Positions 12,321-26,130 of a stretch of 64,000 nucleotides of DNA are shown here, one piece after another. Made by a program: the position numbers and the translations under genes. Position 1 is the first letter of the stretch. Every line of letters starts with the position of its first letter. This stretch comes from Iphione sp. A-MEVVRFRX5 (lineage: Eukaryota): the NCBI GenBank assembly GCA_976226885.1, contig OZ320323.1, forward strand, positions 19,282,001-19,346,000, in the 5' to 3' direction. The notes under the pieces are model-generated. The model was not told where the DNA came from. It ran no database searches and saw only the letters and a list, made by a program, of their open reading frames with translations.

Positions 12321-14359
12321 GGAAAAGATGCATGGGATAGTTCATGTTGCTATGAAGAGGTCCTAGTGTGAGAGGAACTTATGCATTTCTGAGTATACTT
12401 GTAGTTACAAAACCCAGTAAAACTATCGGACGTGACAGTAGGCCCTCCTCCAATCTAAATGCCTTACTTCCTTGCGTGGTAAAACGTGTGAAAATTGCAT
12501 AGTTGACTCGCTCTTTAAACCCGGTGATAGCTAGATCGTTCATACAGGTACATGCGTATATCTATAGAAGTATATGTTATTGATTTGCCATCCGCGATTC
12601 GTTTGTGCAAATACCAGAAACTACCCTGAAACCAAACACCGTCATGCTTACGCGCACATGTCGTCTCTGTGAATGTCCACAAGCCGTACTATTGTTACAG
12701 GCTGTATATGCAAACTGATTGAGCAGTCCACAGTAAATATATACCCGTTACCTGTCCTGACTACAGGACCTTCGTCCACCCGAAACTAGCTCACTATAGT
12801 TGGAAGGGGTTGGGTTGGGGTTGGGGGGTGTCGTTTTTCGCTTCAAGAGGAAATGTGACCTAACTTAGACTTGCTAGTTTAAAGACTTTCATTGAAACTA
12901 TGCAATCAATTAATCAGTAGGTTTTATCATAAAGCCTGGAATCTCCCCTTTTTTGTAGAGCTCAGATTGCTGTAATTCACGCGGAACTCAAAATGTCCTG
13001 TTGGGGGCTTGAGCGAACGTACGTACTATCCTACTACAACTGGGCCAGCATTCGGAAATGGGAATTTCAGCTTTCGAATTTCGATGACAGCATATCTGAA
13101 TATTGACACTTTATGGTTTGCAGGGCGGTGCTCTGCTTGATGTCCTGGTAATGTCTTGTAACGTGGAGATGAGCTGATGAGTGGTTAGGCCAGGACTCAG
13201 AAGGCCGTCAGGTGAAATAACCAACTCAGACACAGAAAAATCTGGTTCACTCAAATGCAGGACTTCTGCTAGGTGCAACTCTAAGTACAAAGAAAGAATG
13301 TCTGTTCATTTAGAAAATTCCTGCCCTTTACATACAGTCAGTGCTCTACTGGCTTAGGTAGTATTCTATATCAGAATACATACAACACACTTAATTATTT
13401 TGCGATCCTTTTGATTAATTCAACCATCTGATAGATCGCTGTCGAACCAACGCATCAGATCATTCGTATCAGATCACAGGGTCAGCATTGGATCTATAGA
13501 TCTGACACTGAGCTTCTGCCACAGTCTGTTCCTCCTAAGACTGTTATTCTCTGGTGGTCATGTCGAAAAGTATCATCTCCGCAAAGGATGATGTGTTTAT
13601 ATTACTATTGACAAGCAATATCTTTTAAAAATGTGCTGCAGAACAGAGGCAACATGGACATAATTCATTTCTATGAAATATCCACCTCGTCACAAATGTT
13701 ATGAAAAGGGTTATGCAAGTTCTTTTTTCTGACAGTTCATTTGATAATGACACAGCTGGTCTTAAGATTTAAGCCATACAAAGATTGTACAAAAAGATTG
13801 AAAATATTATTTCCATACCCTCAGGTAACCCTCTGAGTGCCAATATACCAACAATATTATGCAAGTTCCCATTAGAGTCTTACGAAAGTTCTTGCAGACC
13901 GAATGTACTACTTTTTCACCTGACTAACACTTGAGCAATTTGCACAATAAAGGTCGACATTAAGAGATCAAGAAGTGCAACTAGAGAAAGTTGAAAGCTG
14001 GAAAGGACCATGGAAGAAAGAAGGAACAGACGAGAAGCTAAGTGAAGTCCATGTAGAAAACAGGGAGACCTTTTATGAAAAGTAAATGCACATAAAAGAA
14101 ACGTATTTTTTATTATTGATTTGCTCATGAGAATGAAATGATGAATAATAAAACTTAGAAGAATAGCAGGCATCTCTATTTATCGTCTTTTTTTTCCAGC
14201 ACTCCTTCTTGTATATCTTTCTGTACATTGTATCTCTGTAATTTGAGCCATTTTCCTGCGAACTGTTTCCGGCCCTGTTTTTAGTTACAGGTAGATTTTC
14301 TAATGTATACCATCGGTAAAAGTGTAGTATCTCGCTACAGAAGTAAGTTGATAGAGCCT

Positions 14360-15005
14360 CCCTACCTGTTCCTTCCTTTAGTTATTTTGTTGTTGTTTTT
14401 AACCCTCTCCATGCCTCTCTTTCCTACCCTCTTCTCAGTCTTCTCTCTCTTTTTTATATCCTCTTCTCAAACCTATTATCTCTTGATGCGTTGCCCCTTT
14501 CCCATTTGCCCTAACCTACCTTTCTTTGTTCTCATCCTTTGTCCCTTGCCCTTTCCCTCTCTCTTTCCCTGTATCCTCTCTCTTGGCATCTTGTCCCTTA
14601 GCCACTTCATTTGTCCCATGCTTCTCATTCATCCCCTTATCCCTTTACTGCTGTGTTCCTTGTCCGTTTTTTCCCTGACACATTTTCCCCAAATGGTCTC
14701 CAAGCCATTTGTCCCCTGGCTCTTCTTAATTTCTTTGCCTCTTTTAGCCCTTTGCTTGTCCGTTGTCAGTCCTTTATTCTTTTGCCCTTTCTGCTCTCTT
14801 TTTTGCCTCTCCCTCCTTCCTACTCTCTTTGTACCTCTTGTTGCTTCCTTGTCCTTTTCCTTGTCCCCCTAGGCTTACCCTCTCTCTTATCCCATCGCCT
14901 TTTTGCTGCTAGACCCTTCTGATCTCTTTCTTATTCTCCTATCTTTCGTCTCGTCTTCTTCCATTTTAGCCCGTTTCTCTGTTTGGCCTCCCTCCAGCCC
15001 TCCTT
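14360..15005. repeat. Long polypyrimidine/polypurine low-complexity tract
   Basis: About 650 bp strongly C/T on the + strand with recurring ttgtcc motifs. The L/F/S/P-rich ORF 14303-14872 is a compositional artefact. Confidence 0.85.
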
Positions 15006-18000
15006 TAAGTAACATAAATCATCTCCGTAAGGTTGTGTCCACACAAACTGCCCTGTGTGAATTAACTCGGCTTCACCTTGTTTATAGCAACATTGGTGTA
15101 TTCAGCACACAGTTCTTTACTGACTATATATGCATCTATCACGTAAGGGACAATTTCAATTTGTTTTGGCTTATATGAAGGAATACGGAGAAACCATTTC
15201 AACAAGTTGGTTATATAATCAACAAATCAGTATGTCAGTATGTATTACATGTGGTTTAGTTGCTATATAAGATTAAATTATTTCCTCCAAAGACATGAAA
15301 CGGATCTTTTAAGAGACCATTGAACTGGTATATCATAAATCTCTTGGAAAGATTGTATTTCCGTCCTAATATTTATTCACTACTTTCGCTGGAGTATTAC
15401 TTACAAGGCAGTCTTTAGTTGGACGTGTTTCTCAGCTACATCAGCGACAAAAGTGTATATTTGTGAATTGATTATTTATATATACTTTGTTTATTCACCC
15501 CGAAGGATGAAATGATAATGGCGCTAATATAATAAAGGGGCCGTACGCACTATGAAAATGCATAATAACGTCTGGAAGATTGGTCGAGTAATAACTTAAT
15601 CAGCGTATTACGCAGAAGGGTGGAGTCGGCAGTGATGAAGGATATACACACAGTTTTCTGTAGTCTCCTTTCTTGCATACAGATAGCACCGACGCTGTTG
15701 GAGAGAATACTTACACATGCTTCTCACAGGAAAGCCTGCCGTGTTAACGTGACCGGCCGGTAATGCTCCGATCATGGCTTCCCGGCACTAGGTACGGATT
15801 TACATCTACTTATTCTAGAGAGGCAGCGGAACTCTGGCCAGTTTAAACCAAAAGAACATTCGTGAGGGAATATTCAAGTAACCTCCGAGGGAGAGAGACC
15901 TGCAGGTCGAAGTCATGTCCAAGCGTATCCGTATACCCTTTAGAACTTATTGAAATTTATTTATCGAAGCTTATATAAAAAATAATAGAAAAGATGGGTA
16001 AATAAGTCCGTATATTTTGTAAAAAGGAATGTTGCAACAACACTCAAAGAAAGCTACATAACGGTACCTTTTAACGCACCATCGTAGTTTTTGCAGTGAG
16101 AGAGTAGATGGTCCATTTGACTTCTTCCAGCATTAATTGTAATATAAGATTCTGTACATTTACGATCTTAATAATCATCTGTCATCCATAATCTATCATC
16201 TAATTTTTACTCTGGATCTATTAAGTCAGTCTGCCTATTTAACAGAATGACATGATATTTAAAAAAAAAATTTCTGCATATTCAAGAAAATCTCACAAAG
16301 AAGAGATTTTCATGAAGGAAAGCATTCTGCATTTTTAAAAAATGATATGAACTGGTATAGGGTCAGCAAATTCATGAAATTCCGAAGAGGGAAAAACAGT
16401 CTGCATGTTTAACAAAATTAGATTTTACAAGATAACAAGAATAAGAAACACTTTGTAGGTTTAACAAAATAAATAGGAGAAACAGGGAATTTTTAGATCG
16501 GAGGACATGGTATGAATACGAGACTGACGGAACACTGATTTTCCACAACTCAAAGCATATGTGACCAAAATGTTGAGTTAATCAGGATTAAATATTGCAT
16601 TCAAAATGAGCAATCTTATAGTTTTCTCACATTTGGGACAATGCCTCCTCGGGCCATTTCGTTTTTTCTTATAATCAAATTCTCTAATATTTTGTGGATC
16701 GTAAAGTGATTGGATCAGTCTCTGGTCGGAAAAACCAACTAAACACACTAGGTAGCAGCACATGACTCGCGATCAACACTCTAACTTAGGTTGGTACCGA
16801 CTGCCTGTCCTCTTTATGTAGGCAGAACCAATGCTTGATCACCTTATTAGTGCGTTGGCTTTCCAGAGAACATCTTTAAAACTGTAAGCGTTAGAACTGG
16901 ATCACAGCTGAAGTAGGAACAGAAAATTTCGAACATCTCGGATACATTGATGCTCAGCAAGGGTACCGGAACAAGGAGGGTTTTTAACATCATTTTGTCT
17001 CATTCCATACAGGGCGAATATCCTTGGAATAGTGAGGGTACTGGAAAATTGATGCAACAACGAAGTTCAACTGTATGGTCCAAACGTGAGACAATATATA
17101 TATATTTATATATATAAAAGAGAAATGGAAATTTTAGCTCATGAATACTGAGTGCTAGTTTACTCCGTCGAAAGTATTCAATGGAAACCAACAGGAGGAA
17201 TTTGACTTTGCCTGACTTGAAGAATTTAGCTTATGCGAAATGTTCGTGACTGAATACCGAACCAAGAATAAAGAAATTAAATTACATCATGGAGCTAAAC
17301 CAGTAGCAGAGCAAAAATTATTTCAAGTCATAATGTTATTGTAATCTTCCAGCTGAAATACTTTTAAAACTGTCTAGCGTACAAACCAATAATGTTGCGC
17401 AAAATGCGAAGGTCGATGAAAAATCTTCGAGCTGAATCAAGAGAACAGTTTTTTGGAATCAGGAGAGGTTTAGAAAATAAACTGGTATTATCATTGTTAA
17501 TAAATAAATTCTTTGAAAATGTATGATTTGTATAGATATTTTTGAGAGAGGATTTTCAGTCATATACTTTTGCAAAAAGAAACATTTTTTAGAAAAACAG
17601 TAAGACAGAATGGAAAAGAGAGGAAAAGATACTATTTAAAGGGACAGTGAATGGTACACCATAGTCAGGACTGCTCTGTGGATGGAAAGCAGTGTGTTCA
17701 TAAATCAAAGGCGCGATTATTCACCAGACACATGGGTACAGTGTTAAATGTCCTGGGAGAGAAAGCTCCTCCTTATCTGCTCACAACCACCGCGGCTTCC
17801 ACTCGATGCTGCACCCAGGGGCTGAGTTCAAGCCACGAGAGCTTTCCTTCTGTGTACCAAAGTAGCTGAAAAAGATACTCATTTTGGACTCCTGCTCGTC
17901 CGTATAATCCACATAATACTTAAGGTTGAGACCCTCATAGAAGACCAAACTTGGCACTGGTGAATTGTGGTCTCTCCCATGGTTTGGTTACAATATATTC

Positions 18001-18879
18001 TTTATATGGGTCATGGAAATCTTAAGCTCAAAGTCCATGTATGCGTGTTCTTACAGGTGCAGCAGGGGATTTTCAGTCCTTTAAAAAAACTGCGGTTAAC
18101 ACTAGGAATGGCTCCATGTGCACATGTTTTCGCAAACATGTTGGCATGTTTTGGGATTGTGAAACTTCCCAGTTCCCATGGTCATATATATGCATTTTCA
18201 GTAATGTTTTGAATGGGAACTATGATAAGCAACTGGCATGCCTCAATGATCCACCCCCATCTCCATTGCTATTCAACAAAAGGTTGATGGTTAACACAGC
18301 ATCAAATGATCACAGCAACACGGGCCTGAAAACATGCCATACAGTACATGCATACATGCTCGGAAATAATTGCTGTCCGATCGTACTCCCCAGTTACTGC
18401 AGAGATGGCCGAAATTTTGAGAGGGAGTGATAAAGTCATAACGTGAAATATTCTCCTCATAATGCACTTATGCAATCAATATTGGTGGAATCTTAATTAC
18501 TGAAGTTGTGCGGTGTGACTACCTAGACGTTTAGACCGCTGAAGCAAAGTAAACAATTCTCTACCCCTTACCGCCTGCCTCTCGCCCCCTCCCACCGCGC
18601 ACGAATAACGGTTCGGTATAATCCCCAATCTTTAGGCAGCCTAGGGTGCTATCCATCACCCCACAGATTACAAGGGCCAATACGTGAGTATTCAATCGCT
18701 GATCCGAGAAGTCCGCCAGACGTTACGGCTGCCTGAGCAGAGGAGAGCCCTGGAGGCCCACCGCTCTCTTATCAGTCCAGGACTGGGACCGATCTCATAC
18801 AAGCTCACCTTCCCTCCCCCCTCCCCCCATCTTCACCGCCGTGATGGTGAAGGAGGGGGGTGGGGAAGGGAGTGCTGAC

Positions 18880-19035
18880 TGAACGGCTGCCAGTCAGACT
18901 GACATCCAGGCCAATGCTCGTGACTGTCACATTAGCCGGCATTTGGTACGGCTTCTGGACGTCTGCGGTGAGGGGCTTTTGTGGTGTGTTATCGGTGGCT
19001 TGAGGCCCTCGCGATTCATTCATATTATACTTAAG

Positions 19036-19078
<43 letters not shown>
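18880..19078 (+). mobile_element. Possible 3' end of a non-LTR retroelement with a (TAG)n tail
   Basis: GC-rich segment ending in about 14 TAG repeats (19036-19078). One frame, ANARDCHISRHLVRLLDVCGEG, weakly recalls RTE C-termini. Confidence 0.35.
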
Positions 19079-21109
19079 CCACGTGCAGTTAGAACCTTAC
19101 CACAAAGTTAATGCAGAAAAAATAGCCCAATAGGTATTAAAGAAATATTTTACGCGACAGGTAGCATCTAGTCTTTATATCGAAAACAAAAATTCACTTG
19201 AAATCACGGGCTGGCATGTTAACGGGATTGACTTTAATCCCGTCTGTGACACCGTCAAATGCGATTTGCCCGGGTTTCTTCTATTTTTTTCTAACCAATC
19301 TACTCCATGTTCTCTACAGGCTGTCGATCTCTTTCCCCGCCTTTACCGCCACCCCTACCCCCCCTCCCCGCCCCCCTCTCCTACGACCACCTGCCCCCTT
19401 CGCTCGTAGTGGACGTCGGAGCGATGAGGCAAGTCTGTTACGGACGCTGAGTCAACGGGGGTGCGAGAAGATTACTCCCCTGTCGGTTCCACGCGTGTGA
19501 CCTGCACCTTATATGGTAGGTGGCCAGCGTTCGACGTCAAGCCGGATACCTCTCGGATCTAGCTGTGGTTGGTTCTGACGGCACCTTTTCAGGTCCACTT
19601 GCTAGGAAATCTTCTCTCTCCGTTTTTTTCTGTTGGGGTGGGGGTGGGGGGTATCGACCTCTGGTTATAAGCCATAGCAGGCTGTAGGCTTTGCACAGTC
19701 GTTGTCAACATCAAATAGAAAGCGGGGTGGCTAAGTGTCATGCCTTTTGACGGTGGGCAATTGAGGAAATTATCGTAAAAAAATATGTCACTGAATCCCC
19801 ATTTAAGTAATTGCAGCTTAGCACTGTGCAAGGGGAAAACTGATAAACTGATGTAAAAAATGTTTGACTGGGAAAAGAAGGAGACGGAGGCGGGCAACCG
19901 ATCAATATGTTGGAAACTTGAAATTGTAGTTAAGGAGACAGTGTGGCACCCCTTTGTCCACTCTCCACGCTCCAGTATTATTGGATGCGTGCAGCAATTA
20001 GGAAACAACAAGGAATCAGCACACATTAACCACTGAAACAGTCTCTTCCGTCTTCCAGGGCGTCTGGGAAATCAACTGGTCTGTCTTCGCTGATAGGACA
20101 GGTCTGTTGTCTATTATCTTCCTTGCAGCTTAGCTTCTTGGAGGCGTATGGTTAAGTGCAAGAACTTGTTTGAATGATGGCTTCCGAGTCTTCCCCCGCC
20201 CCCTGCCCGTATTCTGGGGGTCTGAAACGTCACATAAGGTCCCCACTCTCGACACGAAGGTCTTCCTGAGCAAGCGGTTCGACATTTCTATACATGCATA
20301 CTGTTGAGATAGCTGCGCATGCGTAGGTGGTCAGCGCTGTGGTCGATTGTGGCGTCACCTGTCGCGTAATCTAAGCGGCACGAACCTTCACGCTGCGCAG
20401 AAAACCGTCATGGTTGATTATGTGGGGATAGAATACGTCACGCCGGAGAAAACTAGACACAACATCATCAATACCGACGGAAATGATGATCTGGGACTCC
20501 CGCCGTTAAAACATTTTCACTATCAGTATTATGTGAATGTGCACTCAACCGACAAAACAGTGAGCGGGATTTTGTAACGTGGGCATTTGACTTTGGAGAG
20601 ACCGGGATACCTCTATTAAGGAAGTTAAGGTGTTCCACGATTCTAATTTTTTCTGGTAAACAATTATGAAAAACATACCATTTTGATAGTGATCATGTTT
20701 TTAGCTTAATATGGCCCGAAGCCACAAAACCAGTACAGGTAACAAACTTCATTGTAAATTTAATTCAACTGAAATATTCATTCACCCGACTATCGCCTTG
20801 AACAAGGCGTTTTTCACATTACAGGCATACCAAAATAGGTTATAGTAAGCTCTGCTGAAAGTAAATTCGTTAATATAGGTATACCGTAACGAATGCATGT
20901 CTACAAGTCTTCGTGAACGTAATGTTTCCTTTAGGCAAATGGAAGATATCGGTTTCATCAATTGAAATATTTCTTCATGGTAAACCTGTGGTTTAATAAG
21001 ATACCATTTTTTTTAGCGGATTTAGGACGATAAGGTTTGTCCTTTCTTAAGCTCTATCCTGAACAAATCATAACCTAGGGCCTCCTGTCCCTGTGTCCGT
21101 CGTGTGTCG

Positions 21110-21330
21110 CACATCATGTGTAGTGCATCATTTGTCATACATCATACATTACATGTCATATGTTATGCTGCATGCATCATAAGCTTCGCATCATGTGTTT
21201 AATGCATCAGGTGTAATGCATTATATATCATGTGCCATTTGTTACATACCCTGTGTCATGTGTCTTGTGCCATACATCATATCATGCATCATGTGTTTCA
21301 CACATCAGGTGTCGTGTGCCATGTGTTATT
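21110..21330. repeat. Degenerate catcat/tgtg low-complexity repeat
   Basis: Recurring catcatgtg, tgtgccat and catacatcat words. Confidence 0.75.
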
Positions 21331-23884
21331 CAGCAACAGTTGAGCTGGTTGATACATTTATGTACTGTTTCATATCCGTATGTATTCCTGTTGGGCAATC
21401 GGTTATACACATTTGTCGGTCTTCTCTAACATCGCCTACATTCTTGGTATGTTACAGTTACATAACCCTTTTAGGCAGCGATGACAGGTTTTATTATATG
21501 TTCCTTAGATGACACATGTGCTGGGAGAATATACACGCGCTTGTTATACCCAACAAATGATGGATACATTAAAATATAGAACGTACATGCTGACACCAAG
21601 CCTATGGCTCCATGTCATATACTGACACCGATGTGGGTGTTTGTCAATAGCCGTGGTTAGTCTGGTAAATTAAGGTCACTTGGGAAAACCGTTTTAAGTT
21701 GGTGTATCCGGGGGATGCTCCCTCTGTTCCCGGATAGCTTTGTATTCACAGGTTGCTGGATTTTTTAAGATTTCCAACACACTTATATTCACGCCTTTCC
21801 AGCCAATCGCCGAATGTGTGGTGGTGGTCTGGATGTCTACATATCGTGTGCTAGACTATGAGAAAATGCCAAATCACATTTGATTGGCCCAGATTAAACT
21901 TAGCACCTGAGGAGACACTAAAAGTCGAAACCATTACTATGTGATGAAAGCTATGGAAGTGAGACCTTACTCACCCCCCCCCCAAAAAAAAAAAAAAAGT
22001 GGTAGCGCAACTGTCACCGTCCTTCTCACATGCTGACACCGGATATACCAAGGAACTTATGAATAAGCCGGGATTCAGTTTTCATTCATACATTACAGAT
22101 CAAGTCTACACCGTCTGTCAATGCCTCACCTCACGCGTCAAGTACTTGACGCTGTCCATATGTATGTTCATGCATTAATCAACCTATCCATCACTCATCC
22201 ATCAATCTTTGCTGTCCGACAGATGACGGGTATGGTTTCTGTGCATACCAACACAGGTGATTATAATGCGACCACGCGCTGACCACATACTGGGGTAACT
22301 TACTTGTATTTTTACCCATGATATTAGAGGTTGGATATATACCTCTCTTGTCCATCTCGTACTTTTGTAACCATACGCTAGTCTAAGGTTGGATATCCAC
22401 ACGTCTGTGTTTCACCTACGCGGCCCGAACTGCGTGAAGGTTTTACCTCGTACGCTTTACTCTCCTCTATTGGTGCTGTGCAGAAATTCGCCACTGTCTC
22501 CGTTTAATGTGTCAGTTTATTGATCTGTAGATGGGAAATGTTAATATAGATGGCAAATATAGACTCATTCACACTCATTCTCCCACGGATATCGGAGCTT
22601 AGTAAGGTTACGGATTGATGGATTCCGGGTTAATATGATGCAATATCCGTTCTTCCGTGCTTGTCCGCATTAATCCACGACGGGGCATCGGCAGTCTATG
22701 AATAGGGATAGCAATCAAAGCCAGTCCAGCCATTTACGGACACAGTAATGCGCTGTAGTTTATTAACACTGGGGAATATGGAGGGACGAGTATACTTGGA
22801 CTTAATGGTATACAGTGTAGTTTGATATGGTTGATAAGGGTATCGACTCATTTGAATGGTACGAGTTGGTACGGGAGTACGGTATTCACGTTTCAGACCA
22901 TTCTCTAAACCATAGCAAATATTTAAAGGTTGCCACTGCACCGGAATCTCTCATTCCTTTTAGTCAGTGGTCGTAAATTACAACGAATGTGAATGGAAAG
23001 CTTCGTACACATGCTACTTCCCTGAGGAGTATTGCCCCTGACAGTGATTTCAGAGCTGAAATTCGATAACGTGTGAATCCGCCGGTTCCTGCAGGAGACA
23101 TATGGCCACTGACATTTTTTAGATGGAATAATTCACAGGTGGACTGTCCTGGATTCGAGCATTCTGCTGGGACCACCTGGGGCAAGCCTGTCGCAATGGT
23201 TTCAAATCTGGGTTTTGTCACGGATCACGTTTGTGTGTCACTGGCCCTGAGGTAATGGCTTAAAAACAAATTCCCCAATCTGTATTTTCAGTTTTGACTC
23301 TCACACTGGAATAGTTAAAATAATAAACTAGCAAGTGCAATCACAACTCGCCTTGTGAGCAGCTCGAAAAGGGGCCAACTCAGAGTTGAACGCAGGTTTG
23401 ACTGGTTTGAAAGGTTTGTTACATTACCCATATTAAAGTGGTTGCTAGAACTAGAAAAAGAAGGTCCTCCTGACAGTTTTGTCATGCTAAAGTGAAATGG
23501 GAATGGTCAAACATATTTATATTCTGTCACATACATCACAAAAATCTTTGAAACGGGGGAATATAATGTGTGGCAGTCGTTATGTAAGGCCTGGTTTCCA
23601 TACCTGTGTTGGTATGTGTATTTGTGTGTATTTGGTGTGTATGTGTGCATATTTGTTATTGCGGGTGTGGGAGGATGCGGGAGGTGTCCAGTGTTTGTTT
23701 TTGGTACATGCTCAATAATTTCACACACACACAAACAAATGCAAGCCAACGCACCAGAGGCATAGAGGATAATTATGTCCTTTGCATCAGGTAAATATGT
23801 TATTAAAACTATGTTAAATAACGTGAAAAACACATCATTAGTGCACCTTACTATGCATTACTGCACGCCCTTTCTTTTTCACAG

Positions 23885-24052
23885 GTTTTCCCCATTAAAT
23901 TTGCCATTTTTCGCACATTTCATTATCAGTTTTGCTTTTTTTGTTTGGAGTTTCCCGTCAAATTTGCCGTTTTTTGCAACTTTTATTGTCAGTTTTGTCC
24001 TTTTTTGTGGGTTTTCCCACCAAATCCACTATTTTTCGTGACTTTTATTGTC
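23885..24052. repeat. ~63-bp tandem repeat, about 2.6 copies
   Basis: Units begin tttccc..aaatttgcc and contain ttttattgtcagttttg. Confidence 0.7.
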
Positions 24053-24949
24053 ATGAAAGCGCCAAAAGCGCTTGTTCTAGTTGAAGCCTCACGTTGTGGT
24101 CAGCTCAGAGGCAGTTCAAAGGCAATTGAGGTCGATTTGCCCCAGAACCGCATTTCCCTCACTATAATTTGATATAAAGATTATCTGTAAAGTTGCCAGA
24201 CCAGCTCACTGGCCACCTCAGTCTATGGGCACCGTGTTTTGGGTACATTACAAACAGTAACAGAGGCACCAGGAGGTCAGGCATCAGCAGCGAGAGCGAT
24301 AATGCTAATGCTGAGGCCGACAGCATACCAGAATATCATCGAAATAATGATGGATTTGCATTAGGGCGAGCTGATCATGAGTGGTTAAATGATAGGCGGA
24401 GAAGGTTCTGGCGTCACTCGGGGAGGTGGATGACTTGAAATCACAAGAACTCGCATTGTCTCTGGCCAGTCGACAGCCATTCATCTTACATGTCTCTGAA
24501 GCTAGCTCTCTTCCCATGGACAATGTCAAATAATGAAAACTACAGTTGAAATGAGAGGGCAAAATAATGGTTGGTGTTTGAATACTATCTGTTAGGGGGT
24601 CAGCCACATTTGCTCAGAATGGCAGATAGCTGGACTACCACCCCAGGGCAACTTACATTTCTGCATAATATCTGTGCGATACTTGAGACTCTCTTAGTGT
24701 TTGGCACTTATTGCTTGTCCATGCTTACAAGTGGATGGAAGATGGTGGAATACTTGGTTCCTTCCTGTTCTGCCATCGACACGTTCCATTGCCATCGACA
24801 CAGTTCCATTCGCAGTTGACTCTCCCAACTGCAGACACCCTACATTCTTCCCCAAACTGCCCACGGCCTTCCTTGAGAGGGTCCTGTTAGAGTGACACTG
24901 TTGTGGTGGATGTAGTAGTTCCAGTCACCCCAGGTCACCTTTATGGAGG

Positions 24950-26130
24950 AAATACGTTTTCATTTTCATGAACGCTTCCTAGATGTCACAGTCGTTGGAC
25001 TGGCACTTCTCCTCCATCTATGCATCCTCCTCTGCTTCCTTCTCCTCCTCTGGATCCTCAGCAGTCCAGTCTTCCTCACTGTTTCGATGGGTCAGCATAC
25101 CATCCTCTATGCCCTGGTATTCTTCTGGCATCATCCTTCTGTCTTCAGGAAGGCCCTCCTGTACCTTGGAGAGGAGTGAGAGGAGTGGCTTGTCATCCAT
25201 GTGTGTGTGAAGACAACCACACACCCAACATCCTCTGGAAGTGACTCGACCCCAGAACTGATGAAACATGACTCCACTATGATTGGTTTCACAGCCCTCA
25301 CTGCAGCCTGGACCCAGGATATAACCAGCTGTATGTCCACAAATGGAGATAGCTGCCCTAGGGTCCTCCTGATCCAGCCTTGTCACGATGTACTGGAGCT
25401 GTGATTTCTTGTAATGGAACAGATATCACATTTGGAGGGAGGAACACCACCTTGGTGTTATTGAGTTGAAGTCCTCTAAGGTGCAAAGGGACACTGTCCA
25501 TCAGTAGACACACCTTCCTCCTCTGAGCTCTTATCTTCCTATGAAATGAGTGTAATCACTTCTCAAACAGGGCTCTCACCATCCAGGCTCTTTCGTTGTT
25601 TCTCCACACAACTGGGAGAGAGGAGAGGTCCTTTATATTCAACCGGGATGTAGGCTTGACTAATTCAAATATCCAATGGGTTTTGAATTCACCAAGGTCA
25701 TTGACATAAAACATGCCAGTAATCTCGTCCTTATAATTCTTGCTGGGGGACACATCGGACCCTTTGACACCTAGGGTATGGCCAGGGAGGGCCCTGTAGA
25801 AAAGGCTACTCTCGTCAACGTTGAGGATCTCTCTGGCAGGAGTGAATGGAGATGATCAAGCAAATTTTCAACTAATGTTCCATCCACAGCCAACTTGTCA
25901 CCGATGACTTTAAATCCTCCTATAGAGTGATGGTCCTTGAATTATGTCAACCACACCTTGAAATTGTCCATGCTGAATTCCTTAGCATTGGATAACCCTT
26001 TGGTGCATCAGAACAGAGACTGGTACATTTAGAGAGTGGATTTGGCTACCCGACTCGTGTCTTCTCGACCCCAATCTGCCCAGTGACCTGTCTGAGACAT
26101 TCCATGTACACTGCCTAAAACAAAGGGTGT
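24950..26130 (-). mobile_element. Decayed pogo/Tigger-family (CENP-B-like, DDE_1) transposase
   Basis: Ordered motifs across stops and frameshifts: FKVWLT*FKDHHSI (25921-25962), EILNVDESSLFYRALP (D at ~25814), LPVVWRNNERAWM, RKVCLLMDS (25493-25507), KVVFLPPN (25430-25444), ISWVQAAVRAVKPIIVESCF, then an acidic tail. Confidence 0.92.

Noticed and set aside
13174-13230. Hammerhead ribozyme (CTGATGA...GAAA)
   Set aside because: The bases flanking the two core motifs do not pair as stem II. Other CTGANGA sites I checked also failed.
14303-14872. 189-aa membrane protein ORF
   Set aside because: Product of the C/T-rich tract, in which stop codons are rare; no splice or domain support.
22200-22940. 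Viral or lectin-like coding remnant on the minus strand
   Set aside because: Stop-poor frame with no diagnostic motif and no splice support.
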